A DNA stretch of 64,000 nucleotides from Rikenellaceae bacterium (GTDB taxonomy: Bacteria > Bacteroidota > Bacteroidia > Bacteroidales > Rikenellaceae), in assembly GCA_015060165.1 (NCBI GenBank), contig SUZC01000006.1, forward strand, positions 49,744 through 113,743. The letters are read 5' to 3'. Below the pieces are notes generated by a model. It worked only from the letters and a program-made list of their open reading frames with translations, did not search any database and was not told the DNA's origin. This document shows positions 1-10,410 of the stretch, one piece after another (within the stretch, counting starts at the first letter, position 1; every line of letters begins with the position of its first letter). A program made the position numbers and the translations under genes.

Positions 1-1
1 T

Positions 2-2881
2 ATGCTTTCAGGACAGACTTTGGAGGCATTCCTCTGCTCGATTTCTCACGCTGATATCTTCTCGGTGGGCCTGAATTGCTCATTCGGGGCAGAGCAGATG
101 TTGCCCCACCTGAAAGAGATAGCCGAGATAGCACCTTGGTGGGTAAGCGCACACCCAAATGCCGGAATACCCGACTCAATGGGTCGTTACGACCAAACGC
201 CAGAGATGATGGCTCGCAATATCGAAAGATATATTGAATTGGGCGTAGTTAATATCGTAGGAGGATGCTGCGGATCTACACCCGACCATATTCGCGCCAT
301 TGCAGAGGTGGCATCGAAGGCAACAAACATTCGCCAACCAGGCGAAGGGGATCTCCCTCAGCTTGCAGGTATCGACGCATTTCGTCGTAACGGAGCATTC
401 ATCAACGTGGGAGAGCGATGCAACGTAGCCGGCAGTCGTAAGTTCCTGCGTCTCATTAAAGAGAAATCATACGAAGAGGCACTTTCGATTGCACGTGCTC
501 AGGTGAGAGATGGAGCTATGATTCTCGATGTGAATATGGACGACGCGATGCTAGACGCTCGCGAGGAGATGGTCAACTTCCTCAACCTAATGGCATCCGA
601 CCCTGAGATTTCACGGTTACCAATCATGGTCGACTCGTCGCGTTTCGAAGTTATCGAAGCAGCCTTGAAAACCATTCAAGGTAAGGCGATTGTAAATTCA
701 TTGTCACTCAAAGAGGGTGAGGATATATTTTTGAAACGAGCTGCACGCATTAAGGAGCTGGGAGCTGCACTGATAGTTATGGCCTTTGACGAGGAGGGAC
801 AAGCCACTTCGTTCGAGCGAAAAATATCGGTCTGCGCACGTGCATATCGGCTTCTCACAGAGCAACTTGCGTTCGATCCACACGATATAATTTTCGATCC
901 GAACATACTCACCATTGCAACGGGAATCAAAGAACACGATTCATATGCCCTTGATTTCATACGAGCTACCGAGTGGATTCACAACAATTTACCGCACGCC
1001 AGTGTAAGTGGAGGAGTAAGTAATCTCTCTTTCTCGCTGAGAGGCAACAACTTCCTGCGAGAGGCGATGCACGCTGTTTTCCTCTATCATGCCATTCGCG
1101 CAGGAATGGATATGGCAATCGTAAATCCCTCAACAACAGTGATGTATGGCGATATACCTCAACCACTGCTCGATGTGTTGGAAGATGTTATACTCTGCCG
1201 ATGCGACGACGCCACCGACAAACTACTTTCGATTGCCGAAGAATACAAAAACAAACAAACTGATACTCAAAGCGTTAACGCTCCCACAAGAGCATCTTCG
1301 CTCGAAGATCGATTAGTGGAGGCTTTACAACGTGGAGACAACGAGTTTTTGCAACAAGATATCGAGGAGGCACTTGCCACATACCCCACACCAGCATCGA
1401 TTATCGAGGGCCCGCTGATGATGGGTATGACGCAAGTCGGCAATCTGTTTGGTCAAGGCAAAATGTTCTTGCCGCAAGTGGTTAAGAGTGCCCGCACGAT
1501 GAAACGTGCGGTTGAAATTCTACAACCACACATCACTGCATCACAGAGTGATTCGTCACTCAGCTATGGCCGCTACTTGCTTGCTACCGTAAAGGGAGAT
1601 GTACACGATATCGGCAAAAACATAGCTGCAGTTGTACTCGGCTGCAACAACTTCGAAGTTATCGATTTAGGAGTGATGGTATCGGCTGAAAATATAGTCA
1701 AATGTGCAATCGAAAAGAGAGTTGATTATATTGGCCTGAGCGGACTTATCACCCCATCACTAGATGAGATGTGCCACGTAGCCAAAGAGTTAAAACAGGC
1801 AGGAGTAAATGTTCCGCTATTCATCGGCGGAGCAACTACATCGCCACTCCACACCGCAGTAAAGATAGCTCCATTATATGACGGACCGGTGTTCCACGTT
1901 AAGGATGCCGCACAAAATCCCATTATCGCAATGCAACTTGCAGGTAACGATCGAGAGCGAGTAATCGCATGTCTGAGGTATGAGCAGGAGCAGTTACGGC
2001 AAACAATGCAAGCAAAGTATGATAGCGCAACAGGTTGTAATGGCTCGGAAAATATAGCATACCGCAAGAAGATTGATTGGCTACAAGAGAATCTCTACCC
2101 ACCTACATTCAAGGGGGTACAGACATTAGAGAACATCTCTATTTCAGAGATTAGACCATATATTAATTGGCGTCACTTCCTTAATTTATGGGGTACTAAA
2201 GAAGGTTCAAGGGAAGCTGAAAATATTTTAGCCGATGCAAACGCATTACTCGACCGCATAGAGCAGCAGCACTGGTTATGCGCACGAGTAGGCTTTTTCG
2301 AAGCATACGGTACAGAGGATAGTATAGTTATCTCTCACTCTGAAGGCTGTCCTTGCTGCTCAACTATCGCTCGCACGACAAAAATCGAGACACCTCGTCA
2401 GCAAAAACTAAACACAAACGGTGAGGCTTGGGCTCTCTGCGATTTCATAGCTCCAAAGTCATATGGCGACCATATTGGTGCCTTTGCCATAACCATAGGC
2501 AAGTCATTTATTGATGAGTTGGAGAGATTAAAATCCGACGGAGAGATATTCGACTCGTTACTTATGCAGAGTATAGGCGATCGCCTTGCGGAAGCTGCAA
2601 GCGAGTGGCTACACGCCAAAGTCCGACGTGAACTATGGGGCTACGACAGCGAAGAGGAGATAGATATTAAAGAGATGTTTCAAGCGCGTTACAAGGGAAT
2701 CAGGCCCGCCATCGGTTACCCGTCATTACCCGACCAACGCAACATATTCCCTGTTGGAGAGTTGCTCGGCATAGAGAAAATTGGTATCTCACTCACTGAG
2801 AATGGAGCTATGTATCCGCAATCATCGGTATGCGGATTATACATTGCGTCTCCCCACGCGAAATATTTTATCGTAGAGTAA
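2..2881 (+). CDS. metH: Cobalamin-dependent methionine synthase MetH, 5' end cut by window edge
   Basis: 959-aa ORF open at window start; pterin-binding region, B12-binding DxHxxG motif (GDVHDIGKN) and C-terminal activation domain recognisable by eye. Confidence 0.95.
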   Translation: MLSGQTLEAFLCSISHADIFSVGLNCSFGAEQMLPHLKEIAEIAPWWVSAHPNAGIPDSMGRYDQTPEMMARNIERYIELGVVNIVGGCCGSTPDHIRAIAEVASKATNIRQPGEGDLPQLAGIDAFRRNGAFINVGERCNVAGSRKFLRLIKEKSYEEALSIARAQVRDGAMILDVNMDDAMLDAREEMVNFLNLMASDPEISRLPIMVDSSRFEVIEAALKTIQGKAIVNSLSLKEGEDIFLKRAARIKELGAALIVMAFDEEGQATSFERKISVCARAYRLLTEQLAFDPHDIIFDPNILTIATGIKEHDSYALDFIRATEWIHNNLPHASVSGGVSNLSFSLRGNNFLREAMHAVFLYHAIRAGMDMAIVNPSTTVMYGDIPQPLLDVLEDVILCRCDDATDKLLSIAEEYKNKQTDTQSVNAPTRASSLEDRLVEALQRGDNEFLQQDIEEALATYPTPASIIEGPLMMGMTQVGNLFGQGKMFLPQVVKSARTMKRAVEILQPHITASQSDSSLSYGRYLLATVKGDVHDIGKNIAAVVLGCNNFEVIDLGVMVSAENIVKCAIEKRVDYIGLSGLITPSLDEMCHVAKELKQAGVNVPLFIGGATTSPLHTAVKIAPLYDGPVFHVKDAAQNPIIAMQLAGNDRERVIACLRYEQEQLRQTMQAKYDSATGCNGSENIAYRKKIDWLQENLYPPTFKGVQTLENISISEIRPYINWRHFLNLWGTKEGSREAENILADANALLDRIEQQHWLCARVGFFEAYGTEDSIVISHSEGCPCCSTIARTTKIETPRQQKLNTNGEAWALCDFIAPKSYGDHIGAFAITIGKSFIDELERLKSDGEIFDSLLMQSIGDRLAEAASEWLHAKVRRELWGYDSEEEIDIKEMFQARYKGIRPAIGYPSLPDQRNIFPVGELLGIEKIGISLTENGAMYPQSSVCGLYIASPHAKYFIVE

Positions 2882-2885
2882 TCAT

Positions 2886-3515
2886 TTAATTAAACGAGCA
2901 GAAGAAGGGAACAAGGAATGGCACCGAAAAATCAACCACTACACCGTGTAGTATTGCTACAAATAGCCAATCCCGACCCGAAAAACGAGTAATTGTAGGA
3001 AGCGTAACATCGATGGTTGTTGCGCCTCCTGCTGTTATTGGGCCAAGTGGCGAAAACCACTTTACCATATAGGGGGCAAAGAGTAATGTCATCAGTTCTC
3101 GGAAAATATTTGCCATCAAAGTTATCGTTCCCAACTCAGCAGCAGCCTGCAATCCGATATGAGCCTCTTTGAGCGATGAAACGAGTATCGACGAGAGTGA
3201 ATAATATCCGAATCCACAACCAACAGCCATAACCTCGGTAGCACTCCAGCGTACCAATACAAACGAGATAAGAAACGAAGCGAAAATTGTACCTACGATT
3301 GTAGCGCAGGGGACAAGAAGTGTTCGCGGTGTGATACTGCGAAAAATCTCTTTCAGGCGAGAGTCGCTTCCGATACCAATACCGACTTGCAACATCAATG
3401 CATAAAGCACCACAAGCGATAAACTGCCACCTAACCACCAATTAGGTAACCAACCCAATCGACCTACAACACAACCGGCCACAAAGGCTCCGATTATCAA
3501 GATACTCCCTTTCAT
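2886..3515 (-). CDS. LysO-family (DUF340) membrane transporter, large subunit-like
   Basis: 209-aa all-hydrophobic ORF, overlaps upstream partner by 4 nt; family call from recalled similarity only. Confidence 0.55.
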   Translation of the reverse strand: MKGSILIIGAFVAGCVVGRLGWLPNWWLGGSLSLVVLYALMLQVGIGIGSDSRLKEIFRSITPRTLLVPCATIVGTIFASFLISFVLVRWSATEVMAVGCGFGYYSLSSILVSSLKEAHIGLQAAAELGTITLMANIFRELMTLLFAPYMVKWFSPLGPITAGGATTIDVTLPTITRFSGRDWLFVAILHGVVVDFSVPFLVPFFCSFN

Positions 3516-3793
3516 CGCTGCTCCCGTTTTGATTTGTACACTCTGTTATAGACTACTTTGGCTGCTACCAAGCTACCAAATGTGGCTGCAACAGCTATTA
3601 CCAGAGCCTCGCCTCCCAGCGTAAACAGATTGCTCATCAAGGTCTCGTTGGCCCCGATCTCGCACCCCATTACAAACAGAAGAATCATTATGGTTGCGGT
3701 TGTTGAGGTGGAGATACTCTCTACCCCACGCCAATTGCGAATCAGATAACCAAGTCCGATTCCGAAGAACATTATGGCTAAGATATAAAACAT
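3512..3793 (-). CDS. LysO-family (DUF340) small membrane protein
   Basis: 93-aa ORF with 3 hydrophobic segments, translationally coupled to 2886..3515. Confidence 0.5.
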   Translation of the reverse strand: MFYILAIMFFGIGLGYLIRNWRGVESISTSTTATIMILLFVMGCEIGANETLMSNLFTLGGEALVIAVAATFGSLVAAKVVYNRVYKSKREQR

Positions 3794-3822
3794 GGTGTGT
3801 CGTTAGTTGGTTTAATCTCTAC

Positions 3823-3830
3823 AAAAGTAC
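3823..3830 (-). promoter_or_regulatory. Bacteroides-type -7 box (TACTTTTG)
   Basis: TAnnTTTG match on minus strand 30 nt upstream of the 3793 start codon. Confidence 0.4.
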
Positions 3831-4043
3831 ATCATTTTCACTCTGAAATCAAACGTCAAGCCAAAAATCAGACGCGCCTAAAAAATTTGCCCACCGACAA
3901 GAGAGATTTTTTTCTCTTATAAAGAGAAAGATGAAAAAAATCGGGGGTTAATTGAATTTTTACACTACTTTGTGATACAAAATACTAAATTTATTCATAT
4001 ATTTGCAATACCAAAATATTCATACGAACAAAATTCTATAAAA

Positions 4044-4559
4044 ATGAAAGAGACTATTAATGTCAACCTTGCACAACAGGCCTTCACGCTGGATATGGAT
4101 GCCTATTCGACTCTGACGCATTATCTCGACGACATCGCTCGTCGCCTACCCGATGGCGATAACGAGACGATGAACGATATCGAGAGTCGAATTGCCGAGT
4201 TATTCCGCGAGAGGGTTACATCGCCTATGCTGGTTATCACCAACGGCGTGGTGCTTAGTACGATGAATCAGTTGGGCAGCCCCGAAAATTTCGGCGAACC
4301 GGTTCGTCCGATGGGCGAAAAGGCCGACCCTACTGCTGTAACCTACGATGCTCCAAAGAAGTTTTATCGTTCTCGCTCAGACCGCTCGATTGCAGGCGTG
4401 TGTGGCGGAGTGGGTAAATACTTCAACATCGACCCTACCCTTATTCGCCTAATAGCGATTGTGGGCGTATTTGCGGCATGCTCGACAATATTTTTGTATG
4501 CAATCATTTGGATTGCAGTCCCCGAGGAGCCCGCTAAACCATTTAACTTGAATAAATAA
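4044..4559 (+). CDS. PspC domain-containing membrane protein (short paralogue)
   Basis: PspC-like segment SIAGVCGGVGKYFNIDPTLIRL followed by one TM; start moved to ATG 4044 (MKETINV), upstream part of ORF is AT-rich leader. Confidence 0.8.
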   Translation: MKETINVNLAQQAFTLDMDAYSTLTHYLDDIARRLPDGDNETMNDIESRIAELFRERVTSPMLVITNGVVLSTMNQLGSPENFGEPVRPMGEKADPTAVTYDAPKKFYRSRSDRSIAGVCGGVGKYFNIDPTLIRLIAIVGVFAACSTIFLYAIIWIAVPEEPAKPFNLNK

Positions 4560-4577
4560 TTAAAAAGGAGGAACGCT

Positions 4578-4976
4578 ATGAACGAAGATAATGTAAAAGT
4601 CCAAATGCGTAAGGGAATTCTCGAATATTGCATCCTGGCAATACTTTCGAGAGAGGACTCATATGCTCCCAAAATTATTGCCGAGCTGAAAGAGGCCCAG
4701 ATGATTGTGGTCGAGGGAACACTCTACCCCATTCTGACCCGCCAAAAGAACGCAGGCCTATTGTCGTACCGTTGGGAGGAGTCGCCACAAGGCCCACCAC
4801 GCAAATATTATATGCTTACCGACGAAGGTCACAAGCACCTGAAAATGCTGGACGAGGCCTGGGACGAGATGGTAGAGCAGATTCAGGCAATACGCCACGG
4901 CGGAAACTCGGCATCAGCAGCAAACTCGGCCGAAGAGATAATTGAGCCAGAGGTAGTGGAAAATCAGGAAGCGTAG
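4578..4976 (+). CDS. PadR-family transcriptional regulator
   Basis: 132 aa; winged-helix signature LEYCILAIL...GTLYPILTRQKNAGLL...RKYYMLT typical of PadR. Confidence 0.85.
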   Translation: MNEDNVKVQMRKGILEYCILAILSREDSYAPKIIAELKEAQMIVVEGTLYPILTRQKNAGLLSYRWEESPQGPPRKYYMLTDEGHKHLKMLDEAWDEMVEQIQAIRHGGNSASAANSAEEIIEPEVVENQEA

Positions 4977-5154
4977 GCCAACAAACAACTTTAACTTTTA
5001 CACAACTTTTACACAACTTTTACTCGCTGCATAAGCGAGAGATTCGGGCAGAGGCTCGACAAATATTCCAATTATCCGCTATTACAGCTATTACAATTAT
5101 CCGCAAGGATAGAGACAAATTAACAGACACAACAATTAACTTAAACTTACAACT

Positions 5155-6063
5155 ATGAAAAATTTATTTATCTGTTTCGCAATCGCAATTGCCACACTAT
5201 TTTCGCAGTTCGCAGCAGATGCTGCTACACTTCCAGCTAACACTCGCGCAAACGAAGTCGAGGATGCTACATGGGGCAATAAACGAATAACCGGAAGTGG
5301 AAATATTATCGAGAAGGAGATTAAGCTATCGGGCAAATATAGCACAATTTGTGTAAGTCGTAGTGTGAATGTGATAATGGAGAATCGCAGCAACGACAAG
5401 GTGGTAATCTCGGCTGATGACAATGTGATGGAGTATGTTGTTTGCAAGGTTGAGGGTGGTAAACTTACAGCTACAATCGACAACAAAATAAACTCTATAT
5501 CGAACGTAAATGTAAAAATTTACCTTCCAAAGAGTGACAAGATAGATAAAATCAGCACCGCATCGGCAGGTGAGGCGCACATATACCCCACAATCAAAAG
5601 CCCCTCGCTTGCGATTGAATCATCTTCAGGCTCTAAGGTGGAAATTACCACAGCTGAAGTAGGAAATCTCGTTATAAACGCATCATCAGCAGGCACAATT
5701 AAAGGCTCGTTCAAGTCGGAGAGTTCGGCTAATCTGGCTGCATCTTCAGCTGGGAAAATAGATATTACACTTTTGGGCAAAGAGGTTAAGTGCGATGCAT
5801 CATCGGGAGCCAATATAAAACTTAATGGTCAAGCTATCAAACTAAACGCAGAAGCGTCATCGGCGGCCAATATAGAGGCGGAGACATTTGTCGCAGAAAA
5901 TGTTAATGCGTCGGCATCGTCGGGAGGAGATGTTGATGTATTCGTTCAGAAACAACTCAACGCAAGTGCCTCATCGGGTGGTGGCGTGCGATACAAAGGT
6001 CCTGTACCAAGTTCGGCTGTATCGAAAAACACATCAAGCGGTGGAAGTGTAAAGAAAATGTAA
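5155..6063 (+). CDS. Secreted DUF2807 / head-GIN-domain beta-helix protein
   Basis: Signal peptide, then repeated xASS(A/G)Gxhxh strands (six ASSAG/ASSGG units), as in DUF2807 proteins that accompany PadR/PspC genes. Confidence 0.7.
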   Translation: MKNLFICFAIAIATLFSQFAADAATLPANTRANEVEDATWGNKRITGSGNIIEKEIKLSGKYSTICVSRSVNVIMENRSNDKVVISADDNVMEYVVCKVEGGKLTATIDNKINSISNVNVKIYLPKSDKIDKISTASAGEAHIYPTIKSPSLAIESSSGSKVEITTAEVGNLVINASSAGTIKGSFKSESSANLAASSAGKIDITLLGKEVKCDASSGANIKLNGQAIKLNAEASSAANIEAETFVAENVNASASSGGDVDVFVQKQLNASASSGGGVRYKGPVPSSAVSKNTSSGGSVKKM

Positions 6064-6087
6064 AAGCAACCCTAAAATCATCAAACA

Positions 6088-8844
6088 ATGAACCAGATAA
6101 AGAAATGTAGCATAGCGGGAGTATCGTTCACAATGGAGACCGATGCCTACGAGGCACTGAGTGCTTACATCGAGTCGCTGAAAAACAACTACAAGAACGA
6201 CCCCGATGGCGAGGAGATTGTGGGCGATATTGAGGCACGCATAGCCGAACTTATACTCTCGGCACAAAAGGCCGACGCTATAATCTGCAAGCCGCTAATC
6301 GACAATATCATAAAGCAGCTTGGCTCAACCGAGGAGATTAACAACGACTCGCCCGAATACGAGCAACCGAAGCGTGAGCCAGAGATAACCGACTCAAACG
6401 GAATACCTCGAATGCCACGCCGATTGTATCGCGATATGGAGAGCGGCAAATTGGGTGGAGTGTGTGCTGGAATAGCCAACTACTTCGACAAAGATGTAAC
6501 GCTGATTCGCCTGTTGATGTTTGTGCCGCTAATACTATCGGTTATGTCGGGACCACTAGCCATATTCCGCTGGTTTGAGCCAATGATGTGGAATGTGTTT
6601 ATCGTGGAATTGATATGCTATTTGGTGATGTGGTTTACAGTCCCCGTTGCCTCGTCGGCCCGACAAAAGTTGGAGATGCGTGGCGAGAAAATCACAGCTC
6701 AGAGCATAAGGGAGAACACCTCGACGACGGCTGATGCACGCGAGCGTTCGATAATTGCGAAGATTGTGGGTGCAATTGGTACAATACTGCTGATTGGCCT
6801 GAAATTTTTGGCCCTGCTGATACTGATAGGATTGGTGGTTGGTTGCAGTTTGCTCGGAATGGTGGCACTCAGTGCTGTACCAATGTTCGGATTTGAATTC
6901 TACACAGGATTGGCTCTGATGAGTTTCTTCTTTGTGGCGATTTTACCAATTGTAGCATTGATATATTTAGCCATAATGTTCCTGATTTCGCGCCGTCCGA
7001 AAGGTTTGATATTTTTGGTCATATTGATGATGTGGATTGTGGCATTGGTCACAATGACTATTAGTGCAATTAAGTCGCCATCGACTTTTGGCAATTCAGT
7101 TAAAAACGCATTCGAGGCAGTATTCGACCACAACCAAAGAAAGCTCTACGATGAGTTTGAGGAGGAAGAGGTTGAAAAATACATTAAGTCGGGAAAATTT
7201 GTATTTGAAATAAATGACTCGATGGAGGCTACAAAATCGACATCGTATAGCACCAAGCACGGACTTATTTCGAGCCACTACTCGAAGGGAATGATGATTG
7301 TCTTCTGTGGTGACCAACACGGTGTGAAGGCCGCCAAAGAGTCGCTGCTGATGGACCAGCAGAGCAAGGAGATCTCGTTCAGAAGTATGCGAGGTACAGC
7401 CGTCACACTATCACCCAAGAAGTTGGCTACAGAGAGTTTGAATGTCGAGGTCCTGAAAGAGCAAATATCCGAATCGGCTGCCGCTTACGCATTCAAGGTT
7501 GATGGCGATTTGAAGGTCTATTGCGTGATTGGCGAGCAGGTGAAAGATTTGGCCGATAAGGAGTTGATTGAAGAGGTATTTGGAGTAGCGGGTGATGCGT
7601 TCAACATTACGGGCGAGGCATTTAATCTGGTAGGTGAAGTTGTAAAAGCAGTGGGTACAGCTATCTCGACCGGTGGCAACGAAGCAGCTATGAAAGCTCA
7701 CGAAAAGGCTTTGAAGAGCCACGAAAAAGCCCTTGAAAAGAGTGCAAAGGAGATAGAGGAAAAAGCCGAGCTCATTGAGAAGAAAATGGAAGAGAGTAAA
7801 AGAGCCTACGGCACAGAGGGGGTAGAGAATATGACCCACTTTTTCACTATTGGCAATGAGCGTGCTTCGAGTCACTATAACGGCAAAGGTAAGATGCACA
7901 TAATGTTTTGCGGTGATGACAAAATCGTGAAGGGTTGCGAGGAATCGCTCCTATTCAACAGCGACCACCTTACATTCGTAACACCCAAAGGTAAAAAGGT
8001 GACGGCATCGAAAGATGGCATCAAGGTAAATGGCAAGGAGCATAATCCTGTGGTAAAAAGCTACACAAAAGTAAACCAACAGATTAGGACTGCCACATAT
8101 ATATTCAGTGTTAATGGGGTGAAAGTACATTTCCAGCAAGGACCTGATATTGATATGAGCGAGGTTACAGAGGAGTTGGTTAGAAATATTTTCGGCACTA
8201 CATCGAAGATATTTGATGCGGCTGGCAACATAATCTCGGCAGCAGGAGATATTATCTCGACAGCCGGCAAGGCCATAGGATTTCAAAAAAATGTAGAAAT
8301 AAGTTATCAAAGACCCAAAAATACCGCAATCTACAAAGATATTTTAGCGCAAGCCAAACTTTCGGAGCCAAACAAAGGTGCAACAACTGCCACAAAAATA
8401 GGCACAGAGGCTTGGGCAACAAATCCAAAAGTTTACCACTATCCCTTAAAGGGCAATGTGGTAAAGGGTTATTCGCACGATGGAGTATATATACTATTCT
8501 ATGGCTCGGAAAAAGATGTGGATTGTTGCATTAGGCACTTCGCAATAGACCAAAATGGTTATGTACAGACAACGACAAGAAAGGGTAACAAATTCCTGAT
8601 TACAAAATACGGAATCAAATCTTTATTTGAGTCAAGCAAAAACAAAGTGGTGGAGATTGAGCGATATGCCGAAGTTAGAGGGGAGAGCGAATTTGGCGAG
8701 CAAAACCTACTTATGGGAAAGTTTGACGATGTGGAGTACAGATATTTGATAGGTCCAAGCGATAGTCCCGTAATGAAGGAGAATATTGCCAAGATAAGCG
8801 AGACATCGTACATTCAAGAACAGTTCCCGCAGAAGAACTCGTAG
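6088..8844 (+). CDS. Large PspC domain-containing membrane protein with triplicated C-terminal module
   Basis: 918 aa; N-terminus paralogous to 4044..4559, PspC segment KLGGVCAGIANYFDKDVTLIRL, about 6 TM segments, three ~200-aa internal repeats. Confidence 0.8.
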   Translation: MNQIKKCSIAGVSFTMETDAYEALSAYIESLKNNYKNDPDGEEIVGDIEARIAELILSAQKADAIICKPLIDNIIKQLGSTEEINNDSPEYEQPKREPEITDSNGIPRMPRRLYRDMESGKLGGVCAGIANYFDKDVTLIRLLMFVPLILSVMSGPLAIFRWFEPMMWNVFIVELICYLVMWFTVPVASSARQKLEMRGEKITAQSIRENTSTTADARERSIIAKIVGAIGTILLIGLKFLALLILIGLVVGCSLLGMVALSAVPMFGFEFYTGLALMSFFFVAILPIVALIYLAIMFLISRRPKGLIFLVILMMWIVALVTMTISAIKSPSTFGNSVKNAFEAVFDHNQRKLYDEFEEEEVEKYIKSGKFVFEINDSMEATKSTSYSTKHGLISSHYSKGMMIVFCGDQHGVKAAKESLLMDQQSKEISFRSMRGTAVTLSPKKLATESLNVEVLKEQISESAAAYAFKVDGDLKVYCVIGEQVKDLADKELIEEVFGVAGDAFNITGEAFNLVGEVVKAVGTAISTGGNEAAMKAHEKALKSHEKALEKSAKEIEEKAELIEKKMEESKRAYGTEGVENMTHFFTIGNERASSHYNGKGKMHIMFCGDDKIVKGCEESLLFNSDHLTFVTPKGKKVTASKDGIKVNGKEHNPVVKSYTKVNQQIRTATYIFSVNGVKVHFQQGPDIDMSEVTEELVRNIFGTTSKIFDAAGNIISAAGDIISTAGKAIGFQKNVEISYQRPKNTAIYKDILAQAKLSEPNKGATTATKIGTEAWATNPKVYHYPLKGNVVKGYSHDGVYILFYGSEKDVDCCIRHFAIDQNGYVQTTTRKGNKFLITKYGIKSLFESSKNKVVEIERYAEVRGESEFGEQNLLMGKFDDVEYRYLIGPSDSPVMKENIAKISETSYIQEQFPQKNS

Positions 8845-8906
8845 CGAAATAGACCGTTACACTTTGCGAACATTTCAAACAAAATAACAATAAAAAACAT
8901 AAAGCT

Positions 8907-9236
8907 ATGATTATTACTACGACAAACAATATCGACGGTGTTGAGATTACATCTTATATACGTTTGGTATCGACCAATGTGGTTATCGGCACAAATTTCT
9001 TTTCGGATTTCGCAGCATCGTTCACCGACTTTTTTGGTGGTCGCTCAAGTACTTATCAGCACAAGTTGGATGATGTATATCAAAACGCAATGTACGAAAT
9101 TGAGCAGAAGGCGGCAAGCATCGGAGCTGATGCAGTTGTGGGATTGAAAATGGATTTCAATGAGATTTCGGGCAAAGGCAAGACTATGTTTATGGTCTCG
9201 GCTGTGGGTACGGCCGTAAAGATTCGCAGAAAGTAG
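8907..9236 (+). CDS. YbjQ/UPF0145 family protein
   Basis: 109 aa, MIITTTNNIDGVEI...GADAVVGLKMDF pattern typical of UPF0145. Confidence 0.8.
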   Translation: MIITTTNNIDGVEITSYIRLVSTNVVIGTNFFSDFAASFTDFFGGRSSTYQHKLDDVYQNAMYEIEQKAASIGADAVVGLKMDFNEISGKGKTMFMVSAVGTAVKIRRK

Positions 9237-9376
9237 ATTACGGCCACATTTTCGACAGAAAATATCCTAAAATTGAAGGTCACTCCGATGTGGGGTGGCC
9301 TTCGTATTTTAATAGTCAATTACCATATTGTCCATATTTAATGGCTCGAAAAGTAGCTCATATCTGAAAATTTCAC

Positions 9377-9384
9377 TATTTTTG
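9377..9384 (+). promoter_or_regulatory. Bacteroides-type -7 box (TATTTTTG)
   Basis: TAnnTTTG 34 nt upstream of ATG 9418; argues against the GTG 9394 start in the ORF track. Confidence 0.45.
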
Positions 9385-9417
9385 CATTAATTAGTGAAAC
9401 TAAACAGAATAAAGATT

Positions 9418-10395
9418 ATGGCTATCAAATGTATAGGAATACTTACCTCGGGAGGTGATGCTCCGGGTATGAATGCAGCAATTCGTGCCGTAACGCGTAC
9501 GGCTATCTATAACGGCTATCAGGTGAAGGGTATTATGCGTGGTTATCACGGTCTTGTGACCAACGAGATTGTGGAGTTCAAGTCGCAGAGTGTGAGTAAC
9601 ATCATTCAGCAGGGAGGTACAATTCTGAAAACCGCCCGCAGCAAGGAGTTCCGCACACCCGAGGGTCGCAAGCTTGCATACGAGAATATGAAGGCCGCAG
9701 GAATTGATGCGTTGGTTGTAATCGGTGGTGACGGCTCACTGTCGGGAGCTCAAATTTTTGCCAACGAGTTCGATGTTCCTATCGTGGGCCTACCTGGAAC
9801 AATCGACAACGACCTTGACGGCACAGATGAGACAATCGGCTATGATACGGCCCTCAATACGATTGTAGATGCGGTGGATAAGTTGCGCGACACGGCTACC
9901 AGCCACGAGCGATTGTTTTTTGTGGAGGTGATGGGTAATACAGCCGGTTACCTCTCGCTCAACGGTGCTATTGCATCGGGTGCCGAGGCGGCAATCATTC
10001 CAGAGCGCGAGACCGAGGTTGACCAGCTTGCAGAGCTTATCCATAACGGATTCCGCAAAAGTAAGAGTTCGGCAATTGTGCTTGTTGCAGAGAACAAGAA
10101 AACAGGCGGTGCACTCGGATTGAAGGAGCGTATCAAGAAAGAATTCCCCGAATTTGACGCCCGCGTGACAATTCTCGGCCACTTGCAGCGAGGCGGTTCT
10201 CCAACAGCCAAAGACCGTATCCTCGCATCGAAGATGGGTGCTACAGCTATTGAAGCATTGTCGGAGGGACAGCGTAACGTGATGATTGGAATCAAGAACA
10301 ACGAGATGGTTTACGTTCCATTCAAGAAAGCTATCGCCCACTCTTCGCAGATGGATTTGAAAGATATGGATATCGTAAAGATTCTTTCTATGTAG
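9418..10395 (+). CDS. pfkA: ATP-dependent 6-phosphofructokinase
   Basis: [17 protein letters not shown] and TIDND motifs; start set at ATG 9418 ([13 protein letters not shown]). Confidence 0.95.
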   Translation: MAIKCIGILTSGGDAPGMNAAIRAVTRTAIYNGYQVKGIMRGYHGLVTNEIVEFKSQSVSNIIQQGGTILKTARSKEFRTPEGRKLAYENMKAAGIDALVVIGGDGSLSGAQIFANEFDVPIVGLPGTIDNDLDGTDETIGYDTALNTIVDAVDKLRDTATSHERLFFVEVMGNTAGYLSLNGAIASGAEAAIIPERETEVDQLAELIHNGFRKSKSSAIVLVAENKKTGGALGLKERIKKEFPEFDARVTILGHLQRGGSPTAKDRILASKMGATAIEALSEGQRNVMIGIKNNEMVYVPFKKAIAHSSQMDLKDMDIVKILSM

Positions 10396-10410
10396 AATCG
10401 GCAATATACG

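Noticed and set aside
2881-2886. Convergent metH and LysO-like genes separated by 4 nt with no terminator hairpin
   Set aside because: This is unusual but not informative. Both ORFs are intact, and termination may occur within the opposing gene.
5600-6000. Repetitive ASSAG/ASSGG pattern, considered as a DNA-level tandem repeat
   Set aside because: The nucleotide copies are diverged. The periodicity is at the protein level (beta-helix strands of a DUF2807-type protein).
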